64,000 nt of DNA from Vicugna vicugna (lineage: Eukaryota): NCBI GenBank assembly GCA_013265495.1, contig MU061538.1:248001-312000 (forward strand). Reading direction: 5' to 3'. The notes under the pieces are model-generated. The model was not told where the DNA came from and did not search any database. It saw nothing but the letters and a program-made list of their open reading frames with translations. The position numbers and the translations under genes were made by a program. The first letter of the stretch is position 1; every line of letters starts with the position of its first letter. Shown in pieces: positions 1 through 13,555 of this stretch.

Positions 1-3000
1 CTGTTCCGGATGCGCAGGGCCTCAGCTGGGGTGGGGGGGGGAGGGCGGGCCCGCACACTCTCCCCGGGTTCACCAGGCTGATCTAGGGTTTCCTTCTGGT
101 CCTGTGCTGAGAATGCTTCCTTTTTGCTTTGTGACCTTTATTGGTGAATGTCGTGAAGAGTGTCGTCTTGTGCACGCCAAGGATGCTCTTGCAGTGTTGA
201 TGGGAAGGAAAGCTTTGTGAGTCAAATCGAGGTTTCCTTTTGCTTCCTTCTTTCCTTACGAGGACTTCTGAATTCCAGGATCTGGAAACTTTCTACCTAG
301 ATTTTCTTCCAGTTTTCTCAAAAGGTCTTATTTCGGCGACTTGGCCGTCTGTCCTGGTCACACAGCCCTCATTTCGTGCCCGTTTGCTCTCTACGCACCG
401 GTCAGCCTTCGGGCGGCGGTTGTTCCTGGACATTAAGGTTCTGGTTCACTTCTGTGACCGAGAGTCCTTCTCCCCATCGCATGTTCTAAGTGGCAGTTGC
501 TTGCGTGTCTTTAACTTCAGTGGTGTTGCCCGAGCTCCCTGGTGGTCAGGCTGGGCCCTTCGGTGCTGCGAGGCCCTGTCCCCGTCCGGGTCGGGCCTGC
601 TCCCTTCCAGGCTCCTGGCTCCCTCCCCCTGCCGACAGCGGCCCCAGTGCTGGCTCCCAGCTTGTCCCCCTCCGCCCCCCGCCCTGGTCGGCATGTCGGG
701 GCGGCTCTTCATTTTTCTGAGCCTGGCTTCCGTGTGATGGGTCTGGTTTTCCGTGGGGACGGTTCTGTCCCTGTGAGTCTGTGGTCCAGGCTCCCCTCGG
801 CCTTCTCGCATCGAACCTCCTTCCTCCCGTCTTCACTCGACCCCCTTTAATCCGCCTGTTGCGCTGTTCCCTCCTTTTCCACGGTTGCCATTTTCCTAAA
901 TGTTACTGAGAGCACGAAGCAGATGCTGTTTGGAATTTGCGGGGGCTCCTGACAGCAACTTCAAACGTGTTCTAGGGTTTGTTTATACCGCAGTCCAGTG
1001 GAGGCACAGGGTTGTGTCATTTCAGGCGTACGACGTGGTGGCCTGGTTTGCGCGTGTACACGCAGGCGTGCTCTCCGTCCCAGGCCGCTGTCGGGTCCTG
1101 GGGACGGCTCTGCCGCAGGCCCCTGTCTGAGAGTCGTCCCCAGAAATATTTTCCTTGCACCTTCTGTGCAGGCTCATCTGTTCTGTGTTTTGGAATCGTG
1201 TTTTAGGCCTCAGGTCCTTGTGTTTGGTGTCTGTGTTGTTCACAGCTGCCTCCTCTCCTCTGCCCAGAGCGCGGTCCTGGGGAGGCTGCGTCCTCGCGGG
1301 CGGCTGTGGGCGGACGTATCCGGAGACTGCACACACCTTGTCCCCGAGCCTTGGGGCCGCAGCGCCGGAGCCAGCCTCGGGTCAGCGCACACTGTGATCG
1401 CGCGTCCGGTTAGTGACATGCGGGATGGCAGGGCAGACTTGGGGTTTAGACAAGGAGAAATGTTCACCTGTGGCCCCATCAGCGAGGCTCGCGCCGTGTG
1501 CTCACCGCGGCTCTGGTGTCTCCCGGCTCAGGCTCCCTCTTGGCCCCGTGTAGCAACGTGGCTGGTCTGGGCGCACAGAGGGGCTCGCACTCATCTCGAG
1601 TCTAAGCGGCACGGAGCCTGGAGGCGGGGGGCCGGACGCCTGCCCCAGACGCATTGCCGGGCAGGCGTCGCGTATGCCCTGGAGAGATGGTCTCGTCCTG
1701 GACCCCCTGGAGGCTGCGAGGCAGAGCTGCAGGCGGGCCGGTGAGCGAGCTCGGCCTCCCCGCCCCACGCTGGGGGTGCTCACGGGGGGCTTGCCTGCTC
1801 TCTGGGAAACCCTAACTGAGCACGTCCCGCAAGCTCCACGCACGTGCAGACCAGCCTCCCTCGGCCCGTGCGGGGCTCTGCGCAGCACCCTGGGCCGGCC
1901 TGCCAACCCACGCCTGTGCCGCCAGACGCGTGGGCGGTGTGTGGTCTCCCCGAGACCCCGGGGCCTTCCTCTGTCCGACCTGTGTGTTCCAGCATCACCG
2001 AAGGACTGAGAACACTGTCCCATGTGGCTGTCCTTTTACGTGTGAGAAGCAGGGCCGTGCAGCCTGAAGGGACTCGTCTGAGGCCGCCAGTGAGGTGGTG
2101 CTGGGCTTGGACTGGAGCCACTGCCTCCCCCGCGCCTGCCCTGAGCCGAGTCTCCTGGTCCTGCTGCCCAGGGGACTGCGTTTCCTTCGAGCACAGGGCT
2201 GAGTCACAGATGAGAAAGCAGATGTGGGGGGTCCTGGGGGCCTGGGCACGAGCTCAGCCCTCATCAGGTGAACTTGCCTTTCCCAGTGACACGGCGGGCA
2301 CCTCTGGTGTGGGCAGCGTCCCCCCGACCCTCATGCTGCCCTCTTCAAGTCCGAGTGGGAGAGGACAGAACTTGGGCCCCGGCGGCAGAAACACCCCGAG
2401 CTGAGCAGAGGGAGCACCTTGCCCTGCCTTCCCGGGGGTGCTCTCAGTTACCCTCAGGGTCTGTTTCCACTTGCAAACCTGTGGCAGCAGCTCTGGGGCC
2501 TCTGGAACCAGAGGCCGAGAGGAGGGTCCTGGACAGGGGCCCCGACCGAGAGTGACAGATGGCTGGTTTCAGCAGGGACGTGTCCTTGAGCTGGGCCCGG
2601 CGACGTGGCAGGAGAACCACCCGCGATGGCACCGCCTCCTGCCTCCAGTCAGCGCACTGCTTCTGGAGACATGAGGGGTGGGCTCTCCTGCACGGTTGCC
2701 ATGGCGACCCCTCCTTGTTGCCAAGCAGCGGGGAGGCCGCGCAGGGAACTGGCAGTTTACTTGTGTCCTGCGCCATCTTCTCGGAGCGACTGTGTGTGCA
2801 CACGTGTGTGCGCAGCACATCCGTTAAAGAACGGTTCTCCCAACTGCCCGGGCACACGTGGGGCACACGCCGGGCACATACCAGTTTCCGGATGCAGGCA
2901 CGTGGCCCCGGCTGGAAGACCAGAGCTCTGAATGTCAGGGGCTAGGTTTGCAGGAGGGAAGGGTGGACACCCCGCACCCTGGCTGTGAGGGGGAGCAGTC

Positions 3001-4421
3001 GCGGTTTGGACGTGCAGGCCCGTCTGTTGCCCCGGCGAGTGGGGCCTGTGTGGGCACTTTCCCTGCTGCAGGGTTTCCGGTGCTCAGTCTGGGGAGGCTT
3101 GGGCATCTGAGAATTTGCACCCTGAGGGGTGAAGGGTGCCCCGGGGAGCATGGCCCCCAGCTGACCCCGACATACGTGTTTAGTGTGCGTGCAGGGGGCC
3201 AGACGCCGTGCGTCCTGTTCCTGTGGCCGGGGCTTCATGGCCCCCTCCTCGGGAGGCCCAGTCTTTGACACTCGGATCACAGCTCCCGGCAGGACTTGTG
3301 TTTGGAGAGGGACGCGCGGAGGCAGCCGGTGCTGGGGAATCAGCGGGGGCTCCACGCAGGTCAGACGTGAGAGCGGGTGGTGGGGCCAGCCTCCCGCAGC
3401 CCCTCGGTTTAGCTGAGCACCCACCGCTTTACTGAACTTCACTGAATGTCCACGGAGCCTCTGCCCCTTTGCCTGTGCTCTCAGATCATGGGCAAATATT
3501 ACAGATATTCCTGTGTGAGCCAGAAAAGGAAACGGTCTCACTCGGACTTAACTGATTGTAAAGTTAAGGGGAGGCGCTGGGAAAAAGCCCCCCCCCCGCT
3601 CAGCAGGCGGGCGTGTGCGGGCTTGGACGGGGCGAGAGCAGGTCCTCGCCGGCCTCGATCGCTCAGTCAGCTTCACCAAGCCCGCTGGCAGCATGTCTCT
3701 GCTTGTGATTCTCGCAGACCCCCCTTTCAGACGGGCCCGCGGGCCTGGGCCCCTCGGTCTGTGCTGACTCGCGCCGTCGCCCAGACCCCACCCTGTGTCC
3801 AGAGCTCCCTCCCGGCCAGTTACGGCTTGATCGCCAGAGTGGCCAACAGAAAAGTGTCGGAGAGGGAGCCCGTGGCCCTGGACCTGAAGACCAGGCTGTA
3901 AGGCCAGAAGACAGAGATTCCAGCAGCTCAGAGCCAGGGTGACACCTGCGTCTGGAGGCGGTCGCCCGCGTTCCGAGAGCGGAGAGCCGCGTGGCCCCCC
4001 GGTGGGTGAAGGGATGCGAAGCCTCGTTCGTCACCAGAGAGGCACAGATGACAGTGGAATGTGGCCTCACCGCGTCAGCCTGGAGGAGTCAGCGCGGGGG
4101 TGCCGCGGCCGCCGCAGTGTGCTGGGGGCGGCAGGCGTCCACGGGGCTCGTTTCCCCCCGCGCTGCCTGGCTGACAAGGCCGGGGTCAGCGGGCTCAGTG
4201 CGCTGAGGACGCCAAGCGCTTGAGAGGAAGGTTCGAACGTTCTAAAGCGTTTTGATAACAACAATAATTACTTCGTTCTAAAATGGGCATGTCTGTCACC
4301 CTCACCTCTCAGCGGCAGCTGGAGTCATCACCACAAGGCACCCTTTGGGCAAAACCCCTCGCTGCCGCCATTTGCGCCTCCTTAACTGCGGTGGGGTGGA
4401 GGGGTTTTCTTCCCCGTCTCT

Positions 4422-4512
4422 GCGCGTGCGTGCATGTTCAAATGTGCGCATGTACGTGTGCGCACACTTGTGTGTTCCTACATGCGCACATGTGCGTGTG
4501 TGTGCGTGTGTG
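4422..4512. repeat. Degenerate (TG/CA/CG) purine-pyrimidine tract
   Basis: tgcgcgtgcgtgcatg...gtgtgcgtgtgtg. Confidence 0.8.
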
Positions 4513-5334
4513 CTCTCCGCCTCGGCCCTCCTCTTGGCAGGAGTCCTGCCTTCTCTTGCGCGATCCCGTGGGGGCTCCTGGTGACTGGACGTCACAGCAC
4601 ACGTGGGGTGACCTCCGCCTCGGGGAGCCACCATCCTGAGGCTCTGGTGGGGTTGTCTGTGGTGCGAGTGGGGACACCGGTCTCTTGGTGCCTCCACGCC
4701 CACACCTGCCTCAGGACCCACCTGAAGGTCGCCTGGTCTGACTCCTTGGACGGCTCAGGACTGGATGGGCAGTTCCTATGCTGAAGTCAGGCCAGATCCA
4801 GGTTGTGAAATCTTTTAATAACCTGCTGCCCACGTGGCCACTCTGGTCTCAGTCTGCGAATCAGAGCACGGACCTCGGGAGGGCCTGTCAGGCGTCCACG
4901 GTGTCCCGGGCACGGGCGGACACCAGGGTCTGTGCCCCGTCTGAGCGTGGTCTTGGCGCCATGCCACCATGGGGGCCCTCAGTGTGTACGTCGACGTGTG
5001 TCCCAGGTCTTGGGGTCCAAGGGGACACCCGATGCTGGTGCTGTTGCCTATCCTGACGCTGTCGGGAAGGAGAGTGAGTCCGGCAGCCCCGCAGGTCACG
5101 AGGCTGCGGGTCCCTTTCCTCGGCGTCTGGGCTCTTGCACAGGCTGCCATTCTTAATCCTATTTTAATTTTCAAATAAATTGCTTTCATTATCCCTTCAT
5201 TTACAATCACACACACACATCTCTGCTCGTTAATGTTTGCCAGCTCTTCTGTGAGGCTGGATTTTATCAGCGTGGCTGCAGCTCGGCGATTCAGGAGGAC
5301 CCACCTTGGTTCACAGGAGTTACTGCCTTTCATT

Positions 5335-5445
5335 CGTTTATTTTTGTGTATACATTTATGGAAGCACAGTCAGTCGACAGTGCTGTGTCAGTTTCTGGCG
5401 TCCAGCACGATGCTTCGGTCATACGTGAACCATATATTCATTTTA
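5335..5445 (-). mobile_element. Short L1 3'-end fragment
   Basis: tttatggaagcacagtcagtcgacagtgctgtgtcagtttctggcgtccagcacgatgcttcggtcatac is the reverse complement of an artiodactyl L1 3' terminus. Confidence 0.7.
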
Positions 5446-6004
5446 GGAGCTACTGGTTTTCAGTCTTCGAGGAAACAGCAGAGAGTTGCTGAGTTGGTCC
5501 CTTCGACGGGACACGTGGAGGCCACGTGAGGCTGTGGCCGACCTTGTCCTGGTCTGGAGGAGGCGCCTGGCACAGCTGGCTCTCCGTCGGGAGGTCCACT
5601 GGGTCTGAGGGGGGCTGGACGGACCATCAGCCTCACCCAAGGTCTCTGCCAGCAGGAAACCAAGCGAAGGTGCTTGTGTGAATCCACCGTTGAAGTAACT
5701 CACCTGCCCCAGGAGCTGGGCTCGCCCAAATCGAAACCACGACGTTTTCCAAGTTGAGTCATGGGCTCCTCTGTGGGTTTGCTGGCCTCTAACCCAGTTT
5801 AGGGTCTCGAGGGTGCACGGCGCCGGCCGTGGGGTCTGGACGGCAGGCACCGGGAACCAGTGCCGCTCCCTCATCTTCGGGCGGCTCCCCACTGGCCCTC
5901 GGCACCGCCTCCAGCTTGCAGGCCGACGAGCCTCCTGTCTTCCGTCACCTCCTCCCCGTGGAGAGCTTCTCTCCCATTCAGGTTTTCATTCATTTGCTCA
6001 ATTT

Positions 6005-6455
6005 TCTATTGCTCTTAGAAAATTGTAGTCAAATAAATGTAACATGAAATTTACCATTTACTTTAACCATTTGGGTGCACAGTTCTGTGGCATTAAGTGC
6101 ATTCCCGGTGCAACCACCACCACCGTCACCCCCAGAACTTTCTCATCGTCCAAAACTGAAACTCTGTCCTCGGCAGACACGACCCCACTCCCTCCTCAGC
6201 CCCAGGGACCACTCTAGGTCCTCACGTGAGTGGAGTCATCTCGTGTTTGTCCTGCTGCGGTGGCTTATCTCACTGAGCACAGTGTCCTCAAGGCTCATCT
6301 CTGTTGTAGCCGGTGTTGAAACCCCCTCTTTTCTGTGGCTGAATCACGGATGGGCCACATTTCTCAGCTGTTCACCCATCAGTGACACTTAGGTTGCTTC
6401 CTGGCTGCTGTGGACGTGGAGGGGCAACTATCTCTTCAAGTCCCTGCTTTCGACT
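6005..6455 (-). mobile_element. Old L1 (L1MB-like) 3' end
   Basis: aacatgaaatttaccatt...ttaaccatt...gtgcacagttctgtggcattaagtgcattc...cagaactttctcatcgtccaaaactgaaactct...tggcttatctcactgagcacagtgtcctcaaggctcatc. Confidence 0.8.
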
Positions 6456-8422
6456 GCGGTAAATTATTACTCAGTGATTTCCTAGGGCCAGGCATTGTGG
6501 TGCGTGGGACCCAGCGTCCCTCTGCCTGGGGGCGGGCAGACAACCATGGCTCCAGAACGCAGGGCTCGCTGGGCCCCAGGGAGCGTCAGCGGGGCTGGCA
6601 TGCGAGGCAGGGGGAGTCGGGGGCAGATTCCCAGCACACAGGCTCCCCCTGGGGTGTGGGGCGCGTCCGTCCCGGGACTGCTGGGGGGCCTTCCGCCCAG
6701 ACATGCCTGCTCCTCCCTCGGTGAGAGGACGCGGAGGGAACGGGGAGGCGGGGCACCGGAGCTCCCCGACGCCTGACTTGGGACGTCCGTCCGGGACACG
6801 TCTCCTGCGGTTTCCCGGGTGCTGGCAGGGCGTGCCCAGCGCCCTCCCCCAGCACGTGCGGCTGCTGCTTCCTCGAGGGCCCGCGGGCTGGCGAGGCCAG
6901 GCTGGTCTGTGGGCACAGGGACCCTGTGGGCCTCGCCATCCACAGAGAACCGGGCCCCCCGTGTCCGGAGGGCGGGGCCCTGAGGCGGGCTCCCCCGGGG
7001 TGGCTGGGAGGCCAGGACGGGGCACCCTCAGCCCCACCCCCGGCCCAGGCCTCTCCTGCTGCCCTGCCCACTCAGTCCAGAGCGCTCCTCCCAGCAGCCC
7101 GAGGGCAGAGCTGGGGATGGGGGGGGTCCAGGTGGTGGGCTGCCCAGCGGTCGGTGGTCAGGGCGTCCTCCTGAGCGGCCCCAGGTTCCTGGCTCAGGGC
7201 TGTGGGTGTGCCCGGCCTGCAGGGGTCAGCTGGGCCGCCTGGGCTGGAGGGAGCAGGCCAACCCTGCCTGTGGGCCTTCGGGACTAGGAGCTGCCTGAAG
7301 TGTGTGAGAGCGCGGAGAGAGAGAAGAGAGGAGGGGGTCCGCTCGATAAACCTGCCTGCGGACAAGCCCCTCTCCCTCCCCTCCCCCTCCCCCTCCCCCT
7401 CTCCGGAAGGTGGGCGAGGCCCTCTTCAGCTGGGGCACAGGAGTGGGTGTGCGGCAGGTGACAGGCAGCTGTCACTGTCCAGGTAAGTCTCACGTGTGCC
7501 TTCCCCTCACCCCACGCAAGGTGCCAGCTCCGCTCGGTGCTGCTTACAGCCCTCAGAGCCAGGCCTTTCTCTTCCGTCTGAACAGTCAGAGGAAGGTCCT
7601 GGGCTGATAAGAGGAGAGGCCGGGTTGCCCGGCAACGGCTGGAGCCTGGGCTGCTGACGGGAGATGAGCTGCCGCAGATAAACCGCCTTTCCTTCCTCTG
7701 CTGCTCTGGGGCCCGCGGCAGGCAACCCCGCACCCACGACCCGCGGAGGCGTGGGGGGCCTGAGCTCCTGAAGTGAAGGTGCTGAGCCCAGAGCCAGCCT
7801 CGGGCAGGCCACCTGTCCCCAGGGGGAGCCTGGCTTCCCGGATCCGGGGGCAGGGCCGGCCGGCTGGTTAATCCTGTCGCCTCCTAGAAAAGAACGGAAA
7901 ACGCAGCTGAAATTTCCCAAAGCCTGGCCCTCCCTTTGGGGGGTGGTCAGCCCCAGGTGGGACACCTGCGAGCATGAGCATGCAGCCAAGGCCTGGAAAC
8001 CGGGTGCTGGTTTTTGCTTCTTCATCGTTTAATTGTCTTTCTTCCAGTAAACGCCTGTTGGTGTGGCTGACCCCCCACCAGCCCGCTGGTCTGGGAGCTG
8101 CCTCTGGCACACGAGCCCCGTGTCCACTTCCCTCTCCTCTACCCGCGAATCCTGCCTGGTGTGCTTTGGTTGTCTGTGCAAGGTCATGGAGCTTTAGCAT
8201 GAGTGGAGCCCCTGCTGACCAGAGAGGCTCAGCAGCGGGTGAGTCACACAGCCCTTGGCAGCAGAGCCGGGCTCCTAGAGGCCAGGCTCCCGAAGGTGCT
8301 TCCGGCTTCCCAGCAGCAATGTGAGAATGACCACGGCAAGTTCTGGTTGGTCTGCCTGGGTCACTCCATCTAACCTCCCCATGAAGTTGCACAGGGGGTG
8401 GGGGGGGCAGGGGGTGGAACTT

Positions 8423-8546
8423 GGGGGTGAGCTCAGTGTGGAGCGTGAGCTCGGCATGCACGAGGTCCTCGGTTCCATCCCCAGCACGTAATTACCTCCC
8501 TAAATAAATACGTGAGTAAAACTTTTGAAAGTTAAATTTAAAAAAG
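8423..8546 (+). mobile_element. tRNA-derived SINE, vic-1-like (camelid)
   Basis: gggggtgagctcagtgtggagcg...gcatgcacgaggtcctcggttccatccccagcac has A-box and B-box (ggttccatcc, 8471-8480) remnants, followed by a taaataaata/A-rich tail. Matches my recollection of the camelid vic-1 head. Confidence 0.8.
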
Positions 8547-8584
8547 GACTCCAATTACATTAAAAAACAAACCAAAAAAAAAAA

Positions 8585-8812
8585 AGAAAATACAAACTAC
8601 TATAAACAAAACAAACGGCAAGTTTCCAGCAGTCCCAGGGGGCTGTGCGCAGTGCCGGCTGCCCCCAGCAGACAGCACGGGGGACTGTGAGCAGTGCCAG
8701 CCGCCTGCGATGACAGAGACTCTGAGAGGGAGGGCGCGCGTGTGCGTGTGGGACTGGATCCCTGTGCTGCTCACCAGAAACCAGCACACTGTAAACCAAC
8801 TTCATTGAAAAT
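8585..8812 (+). mobile_element. Degenerate, GC-shifted artiodactyl L1 3' end with an internal ~40-bp duplication
   Basis: atacaaactactataaa...cagcacgggggactgtg...tgtgctgctcaccagaaaccagcacactgtaaaccaacttca resembles the L1 3' terminus. Confidence 0.65.
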
Positions 8813-10199
8813 GCTGTATTTAAATGCTTAAAATAAAAAAGAAAGAGGATGCGAAGACGCTTTGGCTATCAGCAACGTGCTGCAGCCTTCCCCCGTTACG
8901 CTGGGCCTGGCCCGCAGGTCTGGCTCCCCGGGGAAGGCACGTGCTCCACGGGGACGCGGCTCCGTCCCTGTCCTGGCGGTTTCTTCCGGGCGCCCTCTCG
9001 ACACTTCCAGAAGATGGAGCACGTTCACAGTCAGTCCTTTTATCTGTTCCCTCAAGGCCGGGCGGGGCCCCTGCTGGCTGCCAGGGCTGTGTTTGCCCTC
9101 GGATTCTGGAGCATTTCAGCTACTTTGGCAGTGTTACTATTGTAAGTTTTAATTAAGTTCTGCTTTCCTTTTCAAAAAAAAAAATTAAGGAAGCAACAAG
9201 GAGCCGTAGTGTGAGCCTGATAAATGTGAAGCTGAAACATGAAATCCTGGCCTAGGATAGGGAAGCAGGCATGCTGCCCATGCTGGTCGGGCCCCTGTGC
9301 GGAGCTTCCCTGCACGCGGGAGGAAAGGGCAAGACGACACATTGCATGTGGTTTCCTAACGACATAGATGTTCACAGACGCGGTGGGACCAAGGGGAGGA
9401 GTGACTCCCAGAGCCCGGGGAGGGTCTCACCAGCAGCTCGTCCGTCGTAACTGGCTTTATTGTCTTGTCCTGTCACTCAAGGACCATCCTGTACGTTAGA
9501 GACCTTGTTTCCATCCCAAAATGCGAAAAAATTCTCCATAATAAAAAGAAAAGTCTGAGCTTGAGGTGCCATGGCTGTGACCTCAGCACTGAGAAGGACA
9601 CCCCAAGGATGGTCAGCGCTGGGTCCTGGCGGCCGGGCGGGCTCTGGGCGGTGGCCGCAGGGCCGAGTTCCCCCCAGCCCCCTCCTCCGGGCGAGCAGAG
9701 GGGCAGCAGGGCCCGGGGCGGCGGGCACCTCCCTCCGTCAAGGGGTGCAGGATCAGCCTCGCCGCTCCACCTGGGTTCTCCGGAGTTTGCCCCCTCTGTC
9801 CGCCCGTGAGACAGCAGTCCCTGTGGTATCCATGTGGTGACACCAAATTTTGGATGTGGCCAAGCAGCTCTGCAGAGCCTGGTGCACTGGGGACCCGCTC
9901 TGGTCGTAGGACAGGCCTCCCCTGCAGGGCGCTGGGGCTGGGGCTGCCCGCTGGCTGTGGAGGGCGGCCCCTGCCCTCCCTCGGTTCCCTGTTCGGACGC
10001 ACGTGGACAGACGGGTACAGGGCAGAGAGAAGCAGGGCTGGGGGCTGCGAGCGCCTCTCAGTTGGGGTGAGGGTGGGCAGCTCCCGCAGCTCAGAATAAC
10101 AGGGGTGCAGGTGATTGGACTTGTGCCCCAGGTGACTTCACGCAAGCCCAGAGACCTGAACTAGACTGGACCTTGGAAAATGTCTAGTTCTAATTCAGC

Positions 10200-10295
10200 G
10201 GTTGCATTTTAGGAACGGAGGCTCAGAGAAGTGAGGTAATGTGCCCAGGGTTGCCCAGCAGGCGGGTGGCCAAGCTGAGGCTGGAAGCTGGTCTC
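10200..10295 (-). mobile_element. MIR SINE fragment
   Basis: cattttaggaacggaggctcagagaagtgaggtaatgtgcccagggttgcccagc is a MIR core. Confidence 0.7.
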
Positions 10296-13034
10296 CTGGG
10301 GCCCCGTTTGGGTTCCTGCTGGTTTCTCGCTGCTGGATGGCAGGATTCAGGGAACAGCAGCTGGTTTCTGGTGGGTGGCACACGCAGTTTCAGGTGTGGC
10401 GTGAGCGTGAGCATTGTATCCAGCAAAGTGGAAACGTCTGCCAGGACCTTTTCAGGACTCAGCCCAGAGTGATGCTATCTTTCGATTGCGGCCTTGAGTT
10501 TCATCCTGCTGTTGCCAGTTGAAGGAGGACCGTGGTGATGAGGTGTCAGACTGGGGCCGGGGGCGAGGACCGGCTTGCAGCAGCATCTCAGTGGGGAGTG
10601 GGGGCGGGGCAGGGGTGAGGACGGGTACCCCGGCAGGTGGCTTGGCTCAGGACCTCAGCCTTCCCGTCTGTGAGACGAAGGAGTCTGAGTAAACCACGGC
10701 TGCTGTTCTCCTCAGCTCTGGTAAAAACCCTGATTATTCTGGGACCACGGGGTGCAGCCTGTCGGCCTATGGCCGGGGTCCGTCCGGCTGGGGAGCAGAG
10801 CAGATGGCTGGGCAGAGCCGCTCCGCCCGGACGGAGAAGGCGGTTCAGAAAGGTTGCCGTCTCCACCTGGGATCTGTCATCGCTCTCACCGACTGTCCAG
10901 GATCGGGGTGGAGCACCGTCCTCGGTGACGCCGGTCGAGTTTTCTCTGTGGGAGGTGCCGAACATCCAAGGCTCGGGGGTGACGTTTTTGCCCATCAGCG
11001 CTGCGCTCAGGATTCCTAGGGCCAGCCCCCCAGCTGCCCTGCCCGGAGAGCTCGGGGCCCCGTCTTCAGGGGTCAGAAGTCAGTAAGAGGCTTGGACGCG
11101 GCCGTGAAGGGTGGTGGGGCCGTGCAGACCTGATCCTGCTGTGGTGCTCAGCGCCAGTCAGAGGGCAGCGGCCCGGCGACCCCGCACCCAGGCCAACTGT
11201 GCGGCCAGCAGAGAGGGGTCAGGACGTTTGCTGGGGGCCAGCGCCCCCCCAGCCCAGTGTCCTGCTGCTGCGTGGTGACAGCTCCTTTCACTGTCTAAAC
11301 CGTAGCTGATGACAGCAAGCAGGTCCCTGGGATGGCCTTCCTGGGCGGGAGTGGGGCTGTGCGGGGCAGCGGCACGTGGGGGGCGGGGCGGCCTGCGGTT
11401 CCCACCGGGGGCTGGCTTGCCCTCTCCCTCCTGGCCAGCATGTTCCTGAGGCCATCTCCCCTGTGCAAGTGTGATGCCCCCGGGATCCCCCAAAATTGGT
11501 TTTGGTTTCATTTAATGGGATCCACGTGGGTCATGGAAGCTGGTTGCGATGTGATCTGATTTTCCTGGGAACGAAGTTGCCCAGTTCACAGCTGGGACTC
11601 GTTCTGGCCGTCAGTGGACAGGCTCTCTCATCCTGAGGGCCTGGCTGGAGGAGGTGGGGGCCGGGCAGCCAGCAGCCAAGCGAAGCTGGGAGAAGTCTCG
11701 TCTGGCTGGCTGGAGCCTTCCCCTCCCCGGGCCCCGCCTTGCTGCGGTGCATTCCTGGGGCCCTGAGGGAGGACGTTTTTGGAGGCTCAGGGTGGCCCTC
11801 CCCTTCACTCAGAGTCTTGCTGGTGGAGGGTCCCGAGCTTGTCCCTGTGGCCTGTGTGGGAACCTTGTCCCGAGCCCGCCAAGGCCTGAGGTCTGAGCGC
11901 TGTCTGGGGGTTGGCATCGTTAGCACCCGGGCCCACCTCACGCAGCATGACCCCCGACTGGTGGCCTCTCACCTGGCGGGTCTTGGCTCCCCCATCCGAC
12001 CTCCCTGGACACACCGCGGGTCCAGCCCCGCGTCCCCGCCCCTGCTCCGCTCGAAGGTGAACGAGGCGACGTCGCCTCCAGACGGCGGCCTCATTCTTTC
12101 TCCTGGGGGTTCGCAGCCTCTGAGTCACCCTAGAGGTGGGAGAGCCTGCTTCTGGTGTGTCTGCACTCACTTCCAAGTTCCTGTGTGGCATTTCGGCCGA
12201 CACCCTGAAGGCTTTCTTGCAGCGGTTCCAGGTAGTGCACTTAGGGTTCAAAGCCCAGGAGCAGTGGGTTACAAGTGTAATTGAACAGCAAAGGTGTGTC
12301 TGTCCTGATGGTGGGGACGCCCCTTGCAGAGGCGGAAACGCCAGCCGGTCGCACTGTCCCTGCAGCTGGAGCCGGCTCTGCCCTGCTGAACCATGAGTCC
12401 TGCTGATGAATCGGCCGTCCCGTGCTCTCCAGCGACGTCAGCTACCGTGAGTCTTGTGCCGGCGGGAAGCCAGTCCCCCAGGCTGAGCGCCGTGGCTCCG
12501 TCCATGCAGGGGTGGGGAGCAGTCGCTCCCTTGCGAGCAGAAGACTCACTGCCCAGGCCGAGCAGGGCGCCTCTCAGCTGGGCCGCTGCAGGCCTGCCTC
12601 CTCCAGAAAGCCCTCCTGGTCAGCACGACTCTCTCCGGGGAGCCAGGCCTGTGCCTGGGCCTTTGCCCTGCGGCGCTGGCCCTGGTGACATCTTGGTGCC
12701 CACAGGGGACTCACGTCAGGTGAGGGGCAGTATGTCCCTGAACGCCAACTGCTGGGCGGCAGCGTGTGGACAAAGCAGACGCCGAGTGTGTGCTGGGGTC
12801 TGACCTGGACTAAATGTGCACACACGCTGACAGCTGGACGTGCAGGGATGCCCCAGTGAGAACCGTCCCCAAGGCAGAGACGCCGTCCTGACACGGGCGG
12901 CGGAGTGCCCGACCCCAGGGGCCCGTGCGGCTCCTCCCGCCGCACGCCTCCCAGCATGTCGAGCACATACATCGCTCTCCAAGATTGCGCTGCTTTGCTG
13001 TTTTCTTTTCTTTTTCTTTTGAATTGCTTTCTCC

Positions 13035-13555
13035 TCAGTTTTAAATTGTGGCAAAACCTACATAGCTTAAATTTGACCATGTTAACCATTTTTAAGTGCA
13101 CAGTTCTGTGGCATCACCTGAATCACAGCGTGGTGCAGCCAACACCACCGCCAAGTCCAGAACCTTCTCCTCTTCTCAGACCGGGACTTTCCCCGTCAGA
13201 CACGAGCCCCACCCCCCCCCCCCCGCCCCCCCCCCCCCCTACTCCAGGGACCTCATACAGGTGGACTCACACAGTGTTTGTCTTTTTGTGTCTGGCTTAT
13301 TTCACTCAGCACAGTGTCCTCAGGGTCCATCCGTGTTGCAGCGGGCACCAGGATTCCCTCCCTCTTTAGGGCTGAGTAGCGTTCCACCGTCTGCTCAGCT
13401 GCTGTGAAGGTGCGGCTGTGAGCATGGGTGTGCCAGTGTCGTTTGAGTCTCTGCTTTCAGTGCTTTGCAGTGCAAAGCCAGAAGTGGGGCTGCTGCGTCC
13501 ACCTTCAAGTTTTTGAGTCAGGAACCTCCGTTCTTTCCAAAGTGGCTGCACACCG
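13035..13555 (-). mobile_element. Old L1 (L1MB-like) 3' end containing a long C-run
   Basis: ttttaaattgtggcaaaa...accatttttaagtgcacagttctgtggcat...tggcttatttcactcagcacagtgtcctcagggtccatcc...ttccaaagtggctgcac. Homologous to 6005-6455. Confidence 0.8.

Noticed and set aside
8423..8487. Possible tRNA-Ala gene
   Set aside because: Degenerate D-arm and anticodon arm followed by an A-rich tail: a SINE, not a functional tRNA.
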